Shown in pieces: positions 61,701 through 64,000 of a DNA stretch of 64,000 nucleotides. The stretch spans positions 15,376,001-15,440,000 of the forward strand of contig CM114271.1 of NCBI GenBank assembly GCA_050084515.1, in the 5' to 3' direction. Both the position numbers and the translations under genes were made by a program. Source of the DNA: Blasia pusilla. Taxonomy: Eukaryota. The notes under the pieces were generated by a model. The model saw only the letters and a list, made by a program, of their open reading frames with translations, ran no database searches and was not told the origin of the DNA. Positions within the stretch are counted from its first letter, which is position 1; each line of letters opens with the position of its first letter.

Positions 61701-63171
61701 AAGTATGGCCTACAAAAGGGGCATCTTGGAGACTGGGATATTCAATTGCCATGGTTAGCCATGGGATATAGGTTCAGTTGCCAAGCATCCTTGGCTTCCT
61801 TCTCACCTTATTTTATGTTATACGGCCGAGATCTAGACTTGCCAGCAGCAGTTTGTCGGGAGTCTAGTGAGGTGGTGAACCTTTATGACCCAGAGATGTG
61901 GATGAGAGTGTGTTCTCAGCGAGCAGAGCTCTTTGGGAGAGTCATGCCAACAGCCTTTGAGAATCTTGCCATTGCTCAACACAGAGATACGTTGCGGTAT
62001 GCATCCATTCGGGGTGGAGATTATCGACCATCGATTCATAGGTTCCATGTGGGGGACTATGTCTATTTGTAGCAGATTGCACCGAAAACATTGGATGTGA
62101 CGGCAGACCGCACTATTTTATGAATGCGCAAGGTGTTAGCTTATGGAGTTCTCATGTTAGAGGGTCGTGATGGAGTTTTTTGGAAGGACCATGTGCATAA
62201 TTGTGCGCCATGCCATCTTCCAAATGTGGATGGTATTGTTGACCCAAGCTTAGCCATGATACGTGCTAGCTTGAGGTGCATGTTGTGTGGATCTGCAAGT
62301 AACGCAACCCGTATGTTGGTGTGTGATCGGTATTCTAGGGGTTGGCACATGATGTGTTTGACTCCACGTATGGATGTTGTTCCTATTGGAAGGGGGGTTT
62401 GTCCTCGATGTACTTAGGAGAGGTAGATGACTTGATCTTTGCATGATATGGATTACAGATAGGTGACTAACGATGGGGCAACCTAGCACCTGGCCTTCTG
62501 ATTCGTGCACCCAAGAAGGTGTATAGCATGTAGTAGATGTATAGGGCTACTTGGGAGTTAGAGGGACCTAACCGCCAGTTATGGGGGCGAGTTGTGATAC
62601 ACTTGTGTTTGTGGATGCTCTCGTCTATGTTATGTATGTATGTGAGTATGGTATGTCAGCGATGTATGTTGTATGACGATGTGGATTCGCACGACATTTG
62701 TCATGACCATACGGATTATGTCGTAGAGTTTAGTGTGCTAGTAGAGGCCATACCTTATGTAGGCCGTAGTGTCTAGGTAGAGATGCAGTTTCATACATAG
62801 GGTTGGGGGTTACTCAGTTGAGGGTGACTTTTCTAGTAGGGCCCGCTCTTAGGTTGGAGGATATAGTGTGGAGTGCACTCAAAGAACAGTTAGTTCTTTG
62901 AGTTGAGCCTGTTGCGTTGGGAGTTAGCCTTGGTAGTGAGTAGAGCTCTTGGCTATGGTGGTTCCCGTAAGCTTCGACCTGGATTCTCCCATCGTGGAGT
63001 GGGTTTGGCTCGATTGTACATGATTCTATATGTGTTTTATGACAGTAAGCCTTTCACGGATTTCAATTGTGGTACACTTGTGTTTGTGTATGCTCTCGTC
63101 TATGTTATGTATGTATGTGAGTATGGTATGTCAGCAATGTATGTTGTATGACGATGTGGATTCGCACGACA
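58781..63171 (+). mobile_element. 5'-truncated Ty3/gypsy retrotransposon: RT-RNase H-integrase-PHD finger; PPT ~62583; 3' LTR 62699-63171
   Basis: RRMCRDYR, LDLRAGYHH, PFGLK, YIDDILV; RNase H (EGECLAVVW, TDHQPL, DADGLSR); integrase HHCC, W.VDF..P, LTDQ, DGLAER; C-terminal CMLC..LVCDR..WHMMCL..CPRC. LTR TGTCATG...CACGACA. Confidence 0.93.
59295..62417 (+). pseudogene. Gypsy pol pseudogene with C-terminal PHD finger (~62277-62412)
   Basis: Six colinear ORF fragments broken by stops and frameshifts. Confidence 0.88.
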
Positions 63172-64000
63172 TTCTTCCAAATGGAAAGCTCCAAAAATGA
63201 TTCAAAATAGGAGAAAGAATTTGATTGGAAAGGCCATTTATATTGTTATTTTTCTAAGTCTTAAGGAATTGAAAATACATTATAGATGCAGTGTAACTTT
63301 TTCCAATGTTAAAATTAGCCTTTCCCTTAAGATGTCATACATTCTCATCAAGACTTGCTCATAATTTGTTGGTTGTTTTAATTTTCTCCTCCTTTGTTTC
63401 TAGGATTATTTTGTTAATAAACCTAGTTGTCATGCATTGCACAAGCCATTAAACTGGTGTGTATGAATAGAGTTTATTTAATTATGGGGAAAATTGATTC
63501 ATAAGTCATATCTACCAAGAGCGGTTGTTAAATTTACAAAGTATGATTTATTACACATGCACACCTACTTATTTAGTAAATGTATTGTGCATGTGAAACA
63601 TATGTTATTATAATAATAAGGACAAGTCGTCTATACAAATACTTAGGAAGGGATCATTATGGAAATCAAACAAACTCATTTAGAAAGTGGCAAATTAGAA
63701 ATGACAAGTTTTTTTAAAGGCTTTTGTTCTACTTTTTTGTTGGCCCTTAGTAGGCTAGTATCCCCCCTACTTCGGCTTAAGTAACACGAAAGTGTAAATG
63801 AAATATTGGGCACATAGATTTTCTAGCAAGACCAATTTTCCTCCCATGAAATGCAAGCAATAATTTATTCTCTAAACTTTTTTTCAACTATTTTGCAAAT
63901 TTTACTAAGAAATTACTTTTTCCAACTCATTTCAAAAAATTCAAAATTTTCCAAAATCCTAAAATTTTGGCAACTAAGTTGCTTACACAAAAAACCGAAT

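Overview
Eukaryotic nuclear DNA from a land plant. It is probably a non-seed plant such as a liverwort or moss, which is an inference from gene structure and TE types. Three host genes are readable. (1) The 3' nine coding exons of a PIG-G/GPI7-type GPI ethanolamine-phosphate transferase (+, 322-4676). (2) A LOLITA/TSPOON-type longin subunit of the TPLATE/TSET complex with an intronless CDS (-, 7494-7937). (3) A complete 15-exon plastid-type glutamate-cysteine ligase GSH1 (+, 35404-39669, 521 aa as spliced by eye). Most of the rest is a nested set of decayed transposons. A full-length decayed Ty1/copia with non-canonical TA...CA LTRs sits inside one of four pieces of a CRE-like (RLE-endonuclease) non-LTR retrotransposon. 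A solo LTR and a second truncated copy of that copia family are also present. A Ty3/gypsy pol ends in a PHD finger, and two related LTRs lie elsewhere in the window. There is an internally deleted Helitron RepHel with downstream cargo-like ORFs, a 143-bp mini-Helitron, a head-to-head mini-Helitron dimer forming a ~390-bp palindrome, a hAT-type MITE, a tRNA-like SINE, microsatellites and several short perfect hairpins. No CRISPR, rRNA or intact tRNA is supported. All assignments were made by eye from motifs; no searches were run.
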